The translations under genes were made by a program, and so were the position numbers. Shown here in pieces: positions 43,263 to 52,511 of a DNA stretch of 64,000 bases (its first letter is position 1; each line of letters starts with the position of its first letter). Below the pieces are notes generated by a model. It did no database searches, had not been told where the DNA came from, and was given only the letters and a program-made list of their open reading frames with translations. Source of the stretch: Candidatus Undinarchaeota archaeon (lineage in GTDB: Archaea > SpSt-1190 > JASMDC01); NCBI GenBank assembly GCA_964519305.1, contig CAZFHY010000002.1, positions 1 to 64,000 on the forward strand. The letters are read 5' to 3'.

Positions 43263-44012
43263 ATGTCCGAGGATGTCGATCTCAACCCTTCCTTGAATGC
43301 ACAAGCCCTCACCCGGCGGTTCGGGGAAAAGACCGTTGTGGACGACATCGCTATAGCTGTCAGCCGTGGTTCTATTACAGGCCTGCTCGGGCCAAATGGC
43401 GCTGGGAAGACGACCGCAATGCGGATGATGGCCGGTATCCTGCGTCCTACCCGTGGCGAGACGCTCATCACCAGTTATGATATCTGGTGTGAACCTCTCA
43501 AGGCCAAGGCCGCCCTGGGATACCTCCCCGAGTCGCTCGATCTCTACGACAACCTCACAACCGAGGAGTTCCTTCGCTTCATCTGCCGCGCGTACGGTAT
43601 GGACGATAAGGCCACTGATGAAGCCCTTGAACGCTGGATGGCGACCTTCGGATTGAATGAACTGGCTGATGACCTGATCGGCGACCAGTCCAAGGGGTTC
43701 CGTCAGCGAGTGGCCCTTGCCTCGGTGTTCATCCACGATCCCGAGGTGCTCGTCCTGGACGAGCCCTTCATCAATCTCGATCCGGCCACGTCCCGTATGG
43801 TCAAGGACCTGCTGATGGATGGCCGTGACGAGCGTGCAGTGCTCTTAGCGACCCACCTCGCATCGGTGGCCGAGGAGGTTTGCGACCGTGTTATCGTTCT
43901 AAATAAAGGAAAGGTGATTGCCCGGGACCAGCCCGCCCCCCTTGCCAAGCGCTTTGGTGGTGACCTGGAACGGGCTTTCGTGGAGCTCGTCAAGGAGGAG
44001 ACGCGTGCATGA
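43263..44012 (+). CDS. ABC transporter ATP-binding protein
   Basis: GPNGAGKT, SKGFRQR, LVLDEP and H-loop. TATA-like TTTCTTAAA ~25 nt upstream of ATG 43263. Confidence 0.92.
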   Translation: MSEDVDLNPSLNAQALTRRFGEKTVVDDIAIAVSRGSITGLLGPNGAGKTTAMRMMAGILRPTRGETLITSYDIWCEPLKAKAALGYLPESLDLYDNLTTEEFLRFICRAYGMDDKATDEALERWMATFGLNELADDLIGDQSKGFRQRVALASVFIHDPEVLVLDEPFINLDPATSRMVKDLLMDGRDERAVLLATHLASVAEEVCDRVIVLNKGKVIARDQPAPLAKRFGGDLERAFVELVKEETRA

Positions 44013-45655
44013 AAGGTCCCCGCTATACTCGTGACCGGGATAGCGGTTCGAATCGCGTATCACCGGGATGGGCGGCCGTTTCGCTCCTCACCATCACTGA
44101 CCTGCGGAACCTGGCCCATCAGGGACGTCGACGTGTCCTGCTCATAATCCCGTACATCGTGTTCCTGCTCTTGTTCTACGGGATGGTGCGCGGGACGTTC
44201 GAGCACCTGGCCGAGGGAATCGCTGGGCGGGTGGCCCCGCTAACGGTCGCGGGGATAGTCTATCACCTCGTACTGGCCATGAGCCTGCTGGAGGGGGTGC
44301 TGGGCAGTATGCGGCTCTTCGTACGCTCTGATATGGACATCCTTCACGCGCTCCCTCTGACGAACCGCGACAGGTTCCTCTCACGGTTCGCGGTCGAAGT
44401 AGGGGTGGAGGCCGTGACGTTCGCACCCGTCGCACTTGTGTTCGCTCTTGCAGCAGCTCCAGGAAGGCTGGACATCGCGCTACCGTTCCTGCTCCTTTTC
44501 TGGGCGTTCTACTTCACTGCAGAGGGCGTCCGATATCTCGTCGACCTCCTTCTGGACCGACTGGTCACCTCCCGGCGACGTTACCTGACAGGTGTCCGCC
44601 GGATGGTCCTAGTGCTGACGATGGCATGCCTTTTCCTTCCCGTGCTCCTCAGGGTCCGGGGTGTCCTTGTGCTCCCTGCAGTAGGGTACATGGTAGGTAT
44701 CCTCAACGGTGTATGGTTCCTACCGTCCACGGCAGCTGCTGGGGCCACGCTCGCACTGTTCGCAGGACAGTGGATGGTGTTCGCGTCCAATTTCGCGATC
44801 GTGGTCGTGGAGGGCGCGCTCTTCCTCGTGGCCGCCTCGGCCCTATCCGGTCATGTGTTCGACTACGAGTTCGTACACTTCCGCACCCAGTCCATGATCC
44901 GGGCGCTCAGATCATCCCGATGGGGCGAGCTCGCCCTCCCCCGTAGCTGGCGCACAACGCCTTTCGCAGAACTAGTCCACAAGGACCTCCTTGTGCTCTC
45001 CCGCACACATGCATACCAGTTACAATTGGTGGTCCCCTTCGTGGTGTTCACCGGCATCATGGCGATAAACACACTCTACCTCCATCTATTCGCCCGGTTC
45101 TCCGAACCCGAGGTGACGCTCTTCATCGCGACCTACATCCAGTTCCTGGCGATATGGTTCATCTTCGTACCGGCCGCTGAGTACTGCTTTGCCGTGGAGG
45201 TGCGCCAGGAATGGTTGATTCGCATGCTCCCCCTCCATCGTTCCGACGTTATCCACGCTCGCTTCCTGGCGCTCTTGGCTTACAATGGCTCGCTGGCATT
45301 CTTCTTATCACTGGCCACGGTGCTCTCGGTGCTGGGAACGGTCAATCCCGCTTACGTACTGCTGGCGCTGGCTGTCGGGGTAGCCAATATCGCCTACTCT
45401 GCGGCGATGGCCATAATGGTCAATCTGATTTCTCCAGCCTACGTCTCCCGGTTCTTGGCAAATCCTCTGGCGACCGTACTATACATCGCTCAGTACCTCG
45501 TCACCCTTCTGGTCTTCTCCCGCGTAGCAGGGCTGTTCATAGACGATATACCGCTCCTTCTCTGGATATCGCTCGTGACGTTCCTGGCCGCCGCGATATT
45601 GTGCTTACGCCTGTCAGCAGGTCTCCTCGAGGGTAAGGATGCTATCGGGGCATGA
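44009..45655 (+). CDS. ABC-2 type exporter permease
   Basis: ATGA overlap with the ATPase. About 12-14 TMs in two halves (DILHALPL; WLIRMLPL). Confidence 0.8.
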   Translation: MKGPRYTRDRDSGSNRVSPGWAAVSLLTITDLRNLAHQGRRRVLLIIPYIVFLLLFYGMVRGTFEHLAEGIAGRVAPLTVAGIVYHLVLAMSLLEGVLGSMRLFVRSDMDILHALPLTNRDRFLSRFAVEVGVEAVTFAPVALVFALAAAPGRLDIALPFLLLFWAFYFTAEGVRYLVDLLLDRLVTSRRRYLTGVRRMVLVLTMACLFLPVLLRVRGVLVLPAVGYMVGILNGVWFLPSTAAAGATLALFAGQWMVFASNFAIVVVEGALFLVAASALSGHVFDYEFVHFRTQSMIRALRSSRWGELALPRSWRTTPFAELVHKDLLVLSRTHAYQLQLVVPFVVFTGIMAINTLYLHLFARFSEPEVTLFIATYIQFLAIWFIFVPAAEYCFAVEVRQEWLIRMLPLHRSDVIHARFLALLAYNGSLAFFLSLATVLSVLGTVNPAYVLLALAVGVANIAYSAAMAIMVNLISPAYVSRFLANPLATVLYIAQYLVTLLVFSRVAGLFIDDIPLLLWISLVTFLAAAILCLRLSAGLLEGKDAIGA

Positions 45656-45694
45656 AAAAGAGGGTACGCGGGCATATTCTCAGAGTCTGGTGGA

Positions 45695-45830
45695 CAAGGA
45701 ATATCCCTTAATAAGGGACATATCCTCGTTATGACGTCCTGCGATGAGTTAATGTGTGTTAAACACAACATTTAAATATGATTAAAAATTGACCCTAAAA
45801 CGCATAAGAAAAGCAAAGGAGATGAAAAAA
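45695..45830. promoter_or_regulatory. AT-rich intergenic region with several palindromes
   Basis: TCCCTTA-A-TAAGGGA (45704-45718), TGTGTT-A-AACACA (45755-45767), ATTTAAAT (45770-45777). Confidence 0.5.
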
Positions 45831-46106
45831 ATGGCAATAAGACTGTTGAAACCGCTCTTGCCGCCCGGTGTGGTGGACGTCGACTGCGTCGATGCGTGTG
45901 GGTTCACAGTGGTGCCGTATTCCGTGACCGCGGCTGTCCAAGGGGCTGACGCTGTCCCGGTAACGGGCCTCTACGCGGCCCTCACACTCGTCAAGGACGT
46001 GGTGGGGACCGACGAGTCCGTCGTATTGTACGAGATAGAGCGCCGGCTCGCGAGCCGGTGGACCAAGACCGCCTCGGGGCGCCTCAGGCGCATGCCTAAC
46101 ACCTGA
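45831..46106 (+). CDS. Small hypothetical protein (91 aa)
   Basis: GGAGATGA SD-like sequence 5 nt before ATG 45831, downstream of the AT-rich promoter region. No recognisable family. Confidence 0.45.
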   Translation: MAIRLLKPLLPPGVVDVDCVDACGFTVVPYSVTAAVQGADAVPVTGLYAALTLVKDVVGTDESVVLYEIERRLASRWTKTASGRLRRMPNT

Positions 46107-46207
46107 AAAAAGTGTGGGACCCGAACGGAGGTGGTAGCTTGACCATAAGATCGCTCCATACTTAGGGACGCTCGCCGCGGGACGCCCGGGGCAAAGGCCG
46201 GACCAGC

Positions 46208-46834
46208 TTACTCAAGGGGCTCGATGAGCCCCAGTCGGTCCATCTCATGCTCCAGGCGTTCCCGAGCGGCGTCAAGAGCGACACCCATGAGATGACGCTC
46301 AAAAACAGATCCCTTATCGAGGTTAGCGGATGCGGCGTACCGCTGCCCGCCCACCTCGAACAGGCGCAGGTATCCTAGGGACTCGAGCATCTCCAGTCCC
46401 CGGGAGAACACCCTGCGTGTCTCCACACCGAGGGCGGCCCGCTCGGGTCGGGTACGTCGGAAGAGATAACCCTCCTCGTAGGAGAATGTGCGCTGGACGA
46501 GATGTGGGAGCACGCAGGCGCATGCCTTCATTGCCAGCCCGAGCCCCCCGGGATCGGATCGCACCCGACGAAGGAGCGAGGACTGGAAAGCTGCTCTGAG
46601 GTCATTATCGTCGGTATCGCGACGGGCATAGATCCGCTCCGCTCCAAGCTTCACATGACGCAGGTCGTGCCGACTGGCGTACCGGCGGAGACCCTCTCGC
46701 GCCCTCTCCGCCCCGGTGCCTGGGGGAACGGCCCGCTCTTCTTCGAGAACACGGGCCAACGCATCCACGGTCACGGCACCGTCGAGGGTCAGGACTGCTG
46801 AAATGAGCTGCTCGATCCTCCCTCGACCTGCCAT
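46208..46834 (-). CDS. Hypothetical protein with two winged-helix-like halves
   Basis: ATG 46834 lies 10 nt after the hutU stop, with GGGAG SD. Two helix-plus-hairpin endings: LRHVKLGAERIYA and LRLFEVGGQRYAA. Confidence 0.55.
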   Translation of the reverse strand: MAGRGRIEQLISAVLTLDGAVTVDALARVLEEERAVPPGTGAERAREGLRRYASRHDLRHVKLGAERIYARRDTDDNDLRAAFQSSLLRRVRSDPGGLGLAMKACACVLPHLVQRTFSYEEGYLFRRTRPERAALGVETRRVFSRGLEMLESLGYLRLFEVGGQRYAASANLDKGSVFERHLMGVALDAARERLEHEMDRLGLIEPLE

Positions 46835-46844
46835 TATCCGCTCC

Positions 46845-48530
46845 CTACTTTGGGATCTTGAGACCCTTCTCCCTTGCGGTCGTGATAGCGATGTCATATC
46901 CGGCGTCAACATGTCGGGCAACACCGATCCCCGGATCAACGGAGAGCACACGCTCCAGCCGCTTGGCACGCTCGGGGGTTCCATCGGCCACGATGACCAT
47001 GCCGGCGTGCAGGGAATTACCGATGCCCACACCACCCCCGTGGTGGAACGACAACCATGATGCGCCGTTGAGGGTGTTGAGGGCGAAATTCAACAGCGGC
47101 CAGTCACCGATGGCGTCCGAGCCGTCTTTCATCCCCTCGGTCTCACGGTTGGGTGAAGCGACCGAGCCGCAGTCAAGGTGGTCCCTTCCAATGACGATCG
47201 GTGCCTTCACCTCCCCGGTTCCGACCAGGCGGTTGATCTCAAGTCCGAACCGGGCACGGTCGCCGTACCCGAGCCAGCAGATGCGAGTGGGCAACCCAAG
47301 GACGGGGACCCGTTCGCGTGCCATGGTGATCCAGCGGTGGAGCGGCTTATCATCCGGGAACATCTTGAACAGCGCGTCATCGATGACACGCAGGTCCTCG
47401 GGATCGCCCGAGAGCGCCGCCCACCGGAATGGTCCCTTGCCTTGACAGAACAGCGGGCGGATGTAGGCCGGGACGAATCCGGGGTACACGAACGAACCGT
47501 CCTCCTTCCTGACCTTGGTACCGCCAAGCTCGGCCTGGCCGCGGAGGTTGTTACCGTAATCCACGGCCACAGCACCAGCCTCCTGCATAGCGATGATCGC
47601 CTCGGTATGGGCGCATATGGCTTCGAGCGACCTCTTCCGATACTCTTCCGGATCCTCCTCCTGCAACCGGTCGACTTCGTCGAGTGGTCCGGGTGGTACG
47701 TAAGAGAGGAGATCGTGTGCTGACGTTTGATCCGTGACGATGTCGGGGGTGACGCCCCGCCGAACGAGTTCCGGGAGGACCTCGGCAGCGTTCCCCACAA
47801 GACCGATAGACAGTGGCTCGCCAGCGGCGATGGCCTTGTTCACCCATGACAGTGCCTCGTCCAGTGAGTCAGTGATACGGTCGCAGTAACCCTCGTCCAC
47901 CTTTTGCTGGATGCGCTCACGGCGGACCTCAACGTCAAGTATGACCGCCTCGTTCATTGTACCAGCCATGGGTTGTGCGCCGCTCATGGCCCCCATACCC
48001 GCGGTGACGATGAACTTTCCCTTCAGTGTGTCAGTGTTGAAGTCCTTCTTGCCGATAGCACCGAACGTCTCGTACGTCCCCTGGAGGATACCCTGGGTGC
48101 CGATGTAGATCCACGAGCCGGCTGTCATCTGGCCGTACATGGTCAGCCCCAGCTGGTCCATGCGATCGAAGTACTCTTGGGTGGCCCACCGTGGCACGAG
48201 ATTGGAATTGGCGATGATGACGCGGGGCGCCTCCAGATGACTGGGGGCGATGTACACGGGCTTGCCCGACTGGACGCACAGGGTCTCATCAGGTCCCAGC
48301 TCCATGAGGGCCCGGACGATGCGGTTGAACTCCCGCCAGTTGCGGGCGGCCCGACCACTGCCACCGTACACGATGAGCTGGTCGGGGACCAGTGCCACCT
48401 GGGGGTCCAGGTTGTTCATGAGCATTCTGAGCGCGGCCTCTGCGTCCCAGGTCTTGCAGTGGAGCTCAGTGCCTGTGTAAGCGTGAATGTCGCCTGGAGG
48501 CTTTTCCTCCATGAACATGGGGCGTGCCAT
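46845..48530 (-). CDS. hutU: Urocanate hydratase
   Basis: [66 protein letters not shown]. Confidence 0.97.
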   Translation of the reverse strand: MARPMFMEEKPPGDIHAYTGTELHCKTWDAEAALRMLMNNLDPQVALVPDQLIVYGGSGRAARNWREFNRIVRALMELGPDETLCVQSGKPVYIAPSHLEAPRVIIANSNLVPRWATQEYFDRMDQLGLTMYGQMTAGSWIYIGTQGILQGTYETFGAIGKKDFNTDTLKGKFIVTAGMGAMSGAQPMAGTMNEAVILDVEVRRERIQQKVDEGYCDRITDSLDEALSWVNKAIAAGEPLSIGLVGNAAEVLPELVRRGVTPDIVTDQTSAHDLLSYVPPGPLDEVDRLQEEDPEEYRKRSLEAICAHTEAIIAMQEAGAVAVDYGNNLRGQAELGGTKVRKEDGSFVYPGFVPAYIRPLFCQGKGPFRWAALSGDPEDLRVIDDALFKMFPDDKPLHRWITMARERVPVLGLPTRICWLGYGDRARFGLEINRLVGTGEVKAPIVIGRDHLDCGSVASPNRETEGMKDGSDAIGDWPLLNFALNTLNGASWLSFHHGGGVGIGNSLHAGMVIVADGTPERAKRLERVLSVDPGIGVARHVDAGYDIAITTAREKGLKIPK

Positions 48531-48599
48531 GTTGTGGACGGCCTGAAGAACGCTTAAAAGGCTAGGGGAGACGGCGTGCTATGGAGTGGCGGAGCGGGC

Positions 48600-49601
48600 T
48601 CAGTCGAGCTGTTCCAGGAGTTCCTTGACTATCCCCTTCACGCGTTGATCGGGGGATACTTGTGCAGGTTCTTCAGTGTCTCCCTCGTGCTCACCGAGAC
48701 ATTCTGCAACGATGGCAGCAACGCCGTTCCCCATGGCGTCCAGATCGTACCCGCCCTCTAGGAAGAAAGCAAGTTTCTTGGTCCGCTGGACGAGCTCCCT
48801 GGCGATGTGCCTGTACGTGGGGATTGTGACCTCTAGGGATGTGAGAGGATCGTTGGTATGTGCGTCCAGGCCCACGGACACAAGGACCGCCTCGGGCCGG
48901 AAGGAGTCGTACACCCTACCGAACACGGTGTCGAAGGCCCAGCAGAAGTCAGCGTCCCCTGCGCCTGGTGGAAGAGGTACGTTAGCTGTGAATCCCGTAC
49001 CATCACCCCTCCCTGTCTCGTGGGTGAAACCGCTGCCGGGAAAGAGGGTGCGCGGGTCCTGGTGGAGGGATATGTAGAACACATGGGGCGAGCTGTAGAA
49101 TATATCTTGTGTTCCGTTCCCGTGATGGCAGTCGATGTCGAGGACGAGCACGCGCTCCAGACCGTCGTCCAGCAATCGCTGAGCTGCGATGGCAACGTTG
49201 TTGTAGTAGCAGAAACCGCATGCACGTGCACGTTCGGAGTGATGTCCGGGAGGGCGCAGGAGGGCGAACGACGGTTCATCGCGTTTCACGGCCTCACGTG
49301 CCGCGAGAAGACCGCCGCCGACGGCACGACAGGCGATTGCATGGGTCCCCATCGGGACGGGAGTGTCCATGTCTATGGAGCCGCCTTGTAGGGAGAGGCG
49401 TTCGATGAGGTCAACGAGCTCAGACACATGGCAGGTGAGAAGATCATCCCGGGTGCACACATCAGGGGAGAGGACCTTGCACTGCTCCCATAGACCGAGT
49501 TGCTGGAGCGCAGCAATGGCGGCCTCCAACCTCGCGCGACGCTCCGGATGGAACGCCCCGGGATTATGGGCCAGATAATCATCATGATGAACGAGTAGCA
49601 T
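48600..49601 (-). CDS. Histone deacetylase / acetylpolyamine amidohydrolase family protein
   Basis: HPE, RPPGHH, GFCYYNN, DIDCHHGNGTQ, SLHQ, GLDAH, LEGGY. Confidence 0.93.
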   Translation of the reverse strand: MLLVHHDDYLAHNPGAFHPERRARLEAAIAALQQLGLWEQCKVLSPDVCTRDDLLTCHVSELVDLIERLSLQGGSIDMDTPVPMGTHAIACRAVGGGLLAAREAVKRDEPSFALLRPPGHHSERARACGFCYYNNVAIAAQRLLDDGLERVLVLDIDCHHGNGTQDIFYSSPHVFYISLHQDPRTLFPGSGFTHETGRGDGTGFTANVPLPPGAGDADFCWAFDTVFGRVYDSFRPEAVLVSVGLDAHTNDPLTSLEVTIPTYRHIARELVQRTKKLAFFLEGGYDLDAMGNGVAAIVAECLGEHEGDTEEPAQVSPDQRVKGIVKELLEQLD

Positions 49602-50040
49602 TGGGTATCGCCCTCTCCATCACCCTCACCTGGTTGACGATCTCCCCGGCTATGATGCCGGCGCTGACGGCACCCTCAAGTGACATGTCGCCCCCACGGC
49701 TCTCGATGTGGATGGCAGGCACCGAGGAAACGTTCGCGTTAGGATGAGATGCTATGTTGACCTTTACTAAGTGGACTGTATCGTTCATTCCCTCGGCCAG
49801 GTCCTCCATGAGCGGAGTCTGGTCCCGGCACGAGGGGCAATCGTTGCGGTAATAGTAGGTCACGACCACCTTGTCCTGTGCAATCAGTTTACGAAGGATA
49901 GTGTCGTTGAGCGGGCTCGTGCTCACGTTATCGTGGTCGGGCTCAAGATAGGCCCCATAGATCTCGCGGTAGAACTGGACACCTAATGTGAGGGCCACTG
50001 AGACCACGAACACGGTCATGACAGCGTCCTTCGAGACCAT
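49582..50040 (-). CDS. Membrane-anchored thioredoxin-fold protein
   Basis: N-terminal TM, CPSC active site, cis-Pro VP motif. Confidence 0.75.
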   Translation of the reverse strand: MVSKDAVMTVFVVSVALTLGVQFYREIYGAYLEPDHDNVSTSPLNDTILRKLIAQDKVVVTYYYRNDCPSCRDQTPLMEDLAEGMNDTVHLVKVNIASHPNANVSSVPAIHIESRGGDMSLEGAVSAGIIAGEIVNQVRVMERAIPNATRSS

Positions 50041-50107
50041 GAGATGCCCCTCGGATTGCCGAAGCCCTCCTCAATTTATATACTTTGTCGGTGTCCGATA
50101 CGACGGT

Positions 50108-50362
50108 ATGCCTGACGCACTGTCCGCGTATATCTTCTACCTCGGGTTCCTGATAATACTGGGACTGGCGGTTCGCCAGTGGTATGAAAAGCTCGTCACT
50201 CCCGAGCCGGAGGAACCTCCTGTGGACAGGTACTGGAAGGATTCCTACGGTATAATGAAGTCGTACTATGCCTCAGAGCAGCTCCAGCCCCCGGTGGCCG
50301 ACAGACGGTACCTCAATCCACTTGGCCCTCAAGCCGGTGGGTGGAGAGCGGGGAATAGATAG
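50108..50362 (+). CDS. Small single-pass membrane hypothetical protein
   Basis: TTTATATA ~25 nt upstream of ATG 50108 and an N-terminal TM. 3' end overlaps the convergent thpR by 50 nt. Confidence 0.45.
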   Translation: MPDALSAYIFYLGFLIILGLAVRQWYEKLVTPEPEEPPVDRYWKDSYGIMKSYYASEQLQPPVADRRYLNPLGPQAGGWRAGNR

Positions 50363-50885
50363 GCCCCTGTGGTGTGAGAGTGCTCCTGATCAGGGAGAAC
50401 TCCTTGACCGAAAGCTCACCGATGTCCACGGTCTTTAGTCTTTCGATGGCCCCGACCAGCTCTGCCCGGTTCCTACCACTGCGTACCCGTGCCAGGGTTA
50501 TATGTGGTCGATAGCTCCTCGTGTCGCGCCGGAATCCTATTCCCTCAGCAGCCCGTTCCACATCTTCGTGCAGGGCACTTAGGGCGGGGGATGGCTCGAG
50601 CCCCAACCAAACGACTCGCACTCGTCGTGGATTGGGGAACACGCCGGTAGAGCGGACATGGAGCATGAATGGAGCGTTCCGGCCTGCGACCTCATTAAGA
50701 ACTTCGCTAAGCGGCCCCGCCCGTTCATCGGGGATGTCGCCCAAGAACTTGAGGTTCACATGTAGGTTCCTTAGTCCTACGAACTTGGCATCAGCTCCGG
50801 CGGTCTGCAGCGACTTCATCACATCATCGATGGCTGGAGCGAGGGCTTCAAGGCCGATACCGATGAACGCGCGCACCATTGACAT
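50313..50885 (-). CDS. thpR: RNA 2',3'-cyclic phosphodiesterase (2H phosphoesterase, 2'-5' RNA ligase family)
   Basis: RAFIGI, LHVNLKFLG, GVFP..RVVWLG, PHITLAR, STLTPQGPIY. Confidence 0.9.
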   Translation of the reverse strand: MSMVRAFIGIGLEALAPAIDDVMKSLQTAGADAKFVGLRNLHVNLKFLGDIPDERAGPLSEVLNEVAGRNAPFMLHVRSTGVFPNPRRVRVVWLGLEPSPALSALHEDVERAAEGIGFRRDTRSYRPHITLARVRSGRNRAELVGAIERLKTVDIGELSVKEFSLIRSTLTPQGPIYSPLSTHRLEGQVD

Positions 50886-50927
50886 ATTTATAAAAGACAA
50901 GGTGTTATAGCCATTTCGGTGCGCACA

Positions 50928-51608
50928 ATGGCCCGGTACGTCATCAAGGTGGGCGGCTCGGTGCTTGCCCCTGACGGTCCTGATGTGGACCATATCAGGC
51001 GGCTAGCAGAGGCTCTCAAGGAGATAGCTTCGGACGCAGAGGTTTTCGTCGTCGTCGGAGGAGGCCGTGTTGCCCGCCGATATATCGACGGAGCGCGTTC
51101 ACTTGGAGCGCCCGACGCTTACAGTGACATAATCGCCATCGGAGTCACCCGGGCTAACGCCCGGCTTATTATCGCAGCGCTGGGTGACGTGGCGCGACGT
51201 TCGCCCCCGACATCCATAGAAGGCGCCGCTGCAGCCGCGATGAAGGATCGTGTAGTGGTCATGGGCGGGACTGTACCCGGCCACACCACGGATGCGGTGG
51301 CCGCCTTACTTGCAGAATACGTGAGCGCCGATGCCTTAGTGATGTGCAAGGACGTGGGCGGGGTATACACCGCCGATCCAAAGAAGAATCCTGAAGCCGC
51401 TTTCATCCCCAGTCTTACCGGGGAAAAATTACTGGAGATAGTCTCGAAGGGGGATATGGTGGCGGGAGTGTCCGCGGTCACCGACCTACTGGCCGCTCAG
51501 GTCATCACACGCTCGGGACTTTGCACGTACGTAGTGGACGGACGCGACACTGCTAACATCATAGCTACCGTGAGGGAAAAGAAGTGCCCGGGAAGCAGGA
51601 TCAACTAG
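50928..51608 (+). CDS. pyrH: Uridylate kinase (archaeal type)
   Basis: VIKVGGS, VVGGG, GGTVPGHTTDAVAA, DVGGVYTADP. Confidence 0.93.
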   Translation: MARYVIKVGGSVLAPDGPDVDHIRRLAEALKEIASDAEVFVVVGGGRVARRYIDGARSLGAPDAYSDIIAIGVTRANARLIIAALGDVARRSPPTSIEGAAAAAMKDRVVVMGGTVPGHTTDAVAALLAEYVSADALVMCKDVGGVYTADPKKNPEAAFIPSLTGEKLLEIVSKGDMVAGVSAVTDLLAAQVITRSGLCTYVVDGRDTANIIATVREKKCPGSRIN

Positions 51609-52162
51609 TCATCGCACTGACGGGGATGCCCGCTAGTGGTAAGGATGCTGCTCTCGAACTCGTTCGAGAAAAGGTACCGATTTTTCGCATGGGTGACGTG
51701 GTCATCGAGCACCTGCGCGAACAGGGCGCCGAAGTTACCTCTGAGAGCGTCGGGGCCATGGCCAACCAACTACGCGCCAAGCACGGGAAGGGCGCTATCG
51801 CCCTCTTACTGGGTGAGCGACTCTCCCGACGTTCTGAGCCTGTGGTAATCATCAACGGTGTCCGGGGTATCGCAGAGGTGCGCGAGTTCCGACGCATGTT
51901 CCCTCTGTTCACACTCATCGCCGTTCACAGCGCCCCTGCCACGCGACATTCCCGTGTACAGGCCCGTCAGCGGGAGGACGATGCGATCTCACGAGAGGCG
52001 TTCGATTCCAAGGATGCACGCGAGCTGTCTTGGGGGCTGGGCGAGGCCATCGCGACGGCGGACCGAATGATCGTGAACGAGGGTTCCCACGAGGAGCTCC
52101 TGGACCGTTTCCGGGAGGTGCTGAATGCACTCGGCGTGCCTGTCGATAAGGATCAGGGCTGA
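51584..52162 (+). CDS. UPF0200 P-loop kinase (dephospho-CoA kinase-like)
   Basis: GMPASGK, MGDVV, GVRG..E, RxREDD, D.RELSWG. Confidence 0.82.
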   Translation: MPGKQDQLVIALTGMPASGKDAALELVREKVPIFRMGDVVIEHLREQGAEVTSESVGAMANQLRAKHGKGAIALLLGERLSRRSEPVVIINGVRGIAEVREFRRMFPLFTLIAVHSAPATRHSRVQARQREDDAISREAFDSKDARELSWGLGEAIATADRMIVNEGSHEELLDRFREVLNALGVPVDKDQG

Positions 52163-52511
52163 AATAGGTCCCACCGAGGATTCCGAGAAGGTCGCCCTTG
52201 CGGTGAGCAGCCTATTCCCCTCTGCCGAGATCGATATCGGAAAGGATGAGATTCGTGCTACCGCCTCGGGTCGTGGAGCGCTCATGCGCTTTAGAGAACT
52301 GGTCCTCGTACAGCGCACCGGCTCCGCAGTAGCATCGAAGCTCGAGCGCAGTCTTGAAGGACAGGTCCTGCGGTTCGAGCTCAACAGGCTCGCAGCCTTC
52401 GCCTCACATGTGAACCTGGGTACCAGCGTCATGGGCCCCTTGGAGGTCGAGATGGAGGGTGATGATATGGAGGAGGTGATATCTTGGATCTGTGGGTCGA
52501 CCCCGTCCTGA
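52125..52511 (+). CDS. UPF0201 putative RNA-binding protein
   Basis: IGPTEDSEKV..AV..LFP and LNRLAAF. Usual partner of UPF0200. Exact start uncertain. Confidence 0.78.
   Translation: MHSACLSIRIRAEIGPTEDSEKVALAVSSLFPSAEIDIGKDEIRATASGRGALMRFRELVLVQRTGSAVASKLERSLEGQVLRFELNRLAAFASHVNLGTSVMGPLEVEMEGDDMEEVISWICGSTPS

Noticed and set aside
46835-47035. Upstream extension of the 46208 ORF
   Set aside because: It lies inside hutU in another frame. ATG 46834 with an SD is the plausible start.
48600-49601. HDAC-like gene as the missing HutG of a hut operon
   Set aside because: Its motifs are canonical HDAC/AcuC, it overlaps the thioredoxin gene, and hutU has its own TATA-like element.
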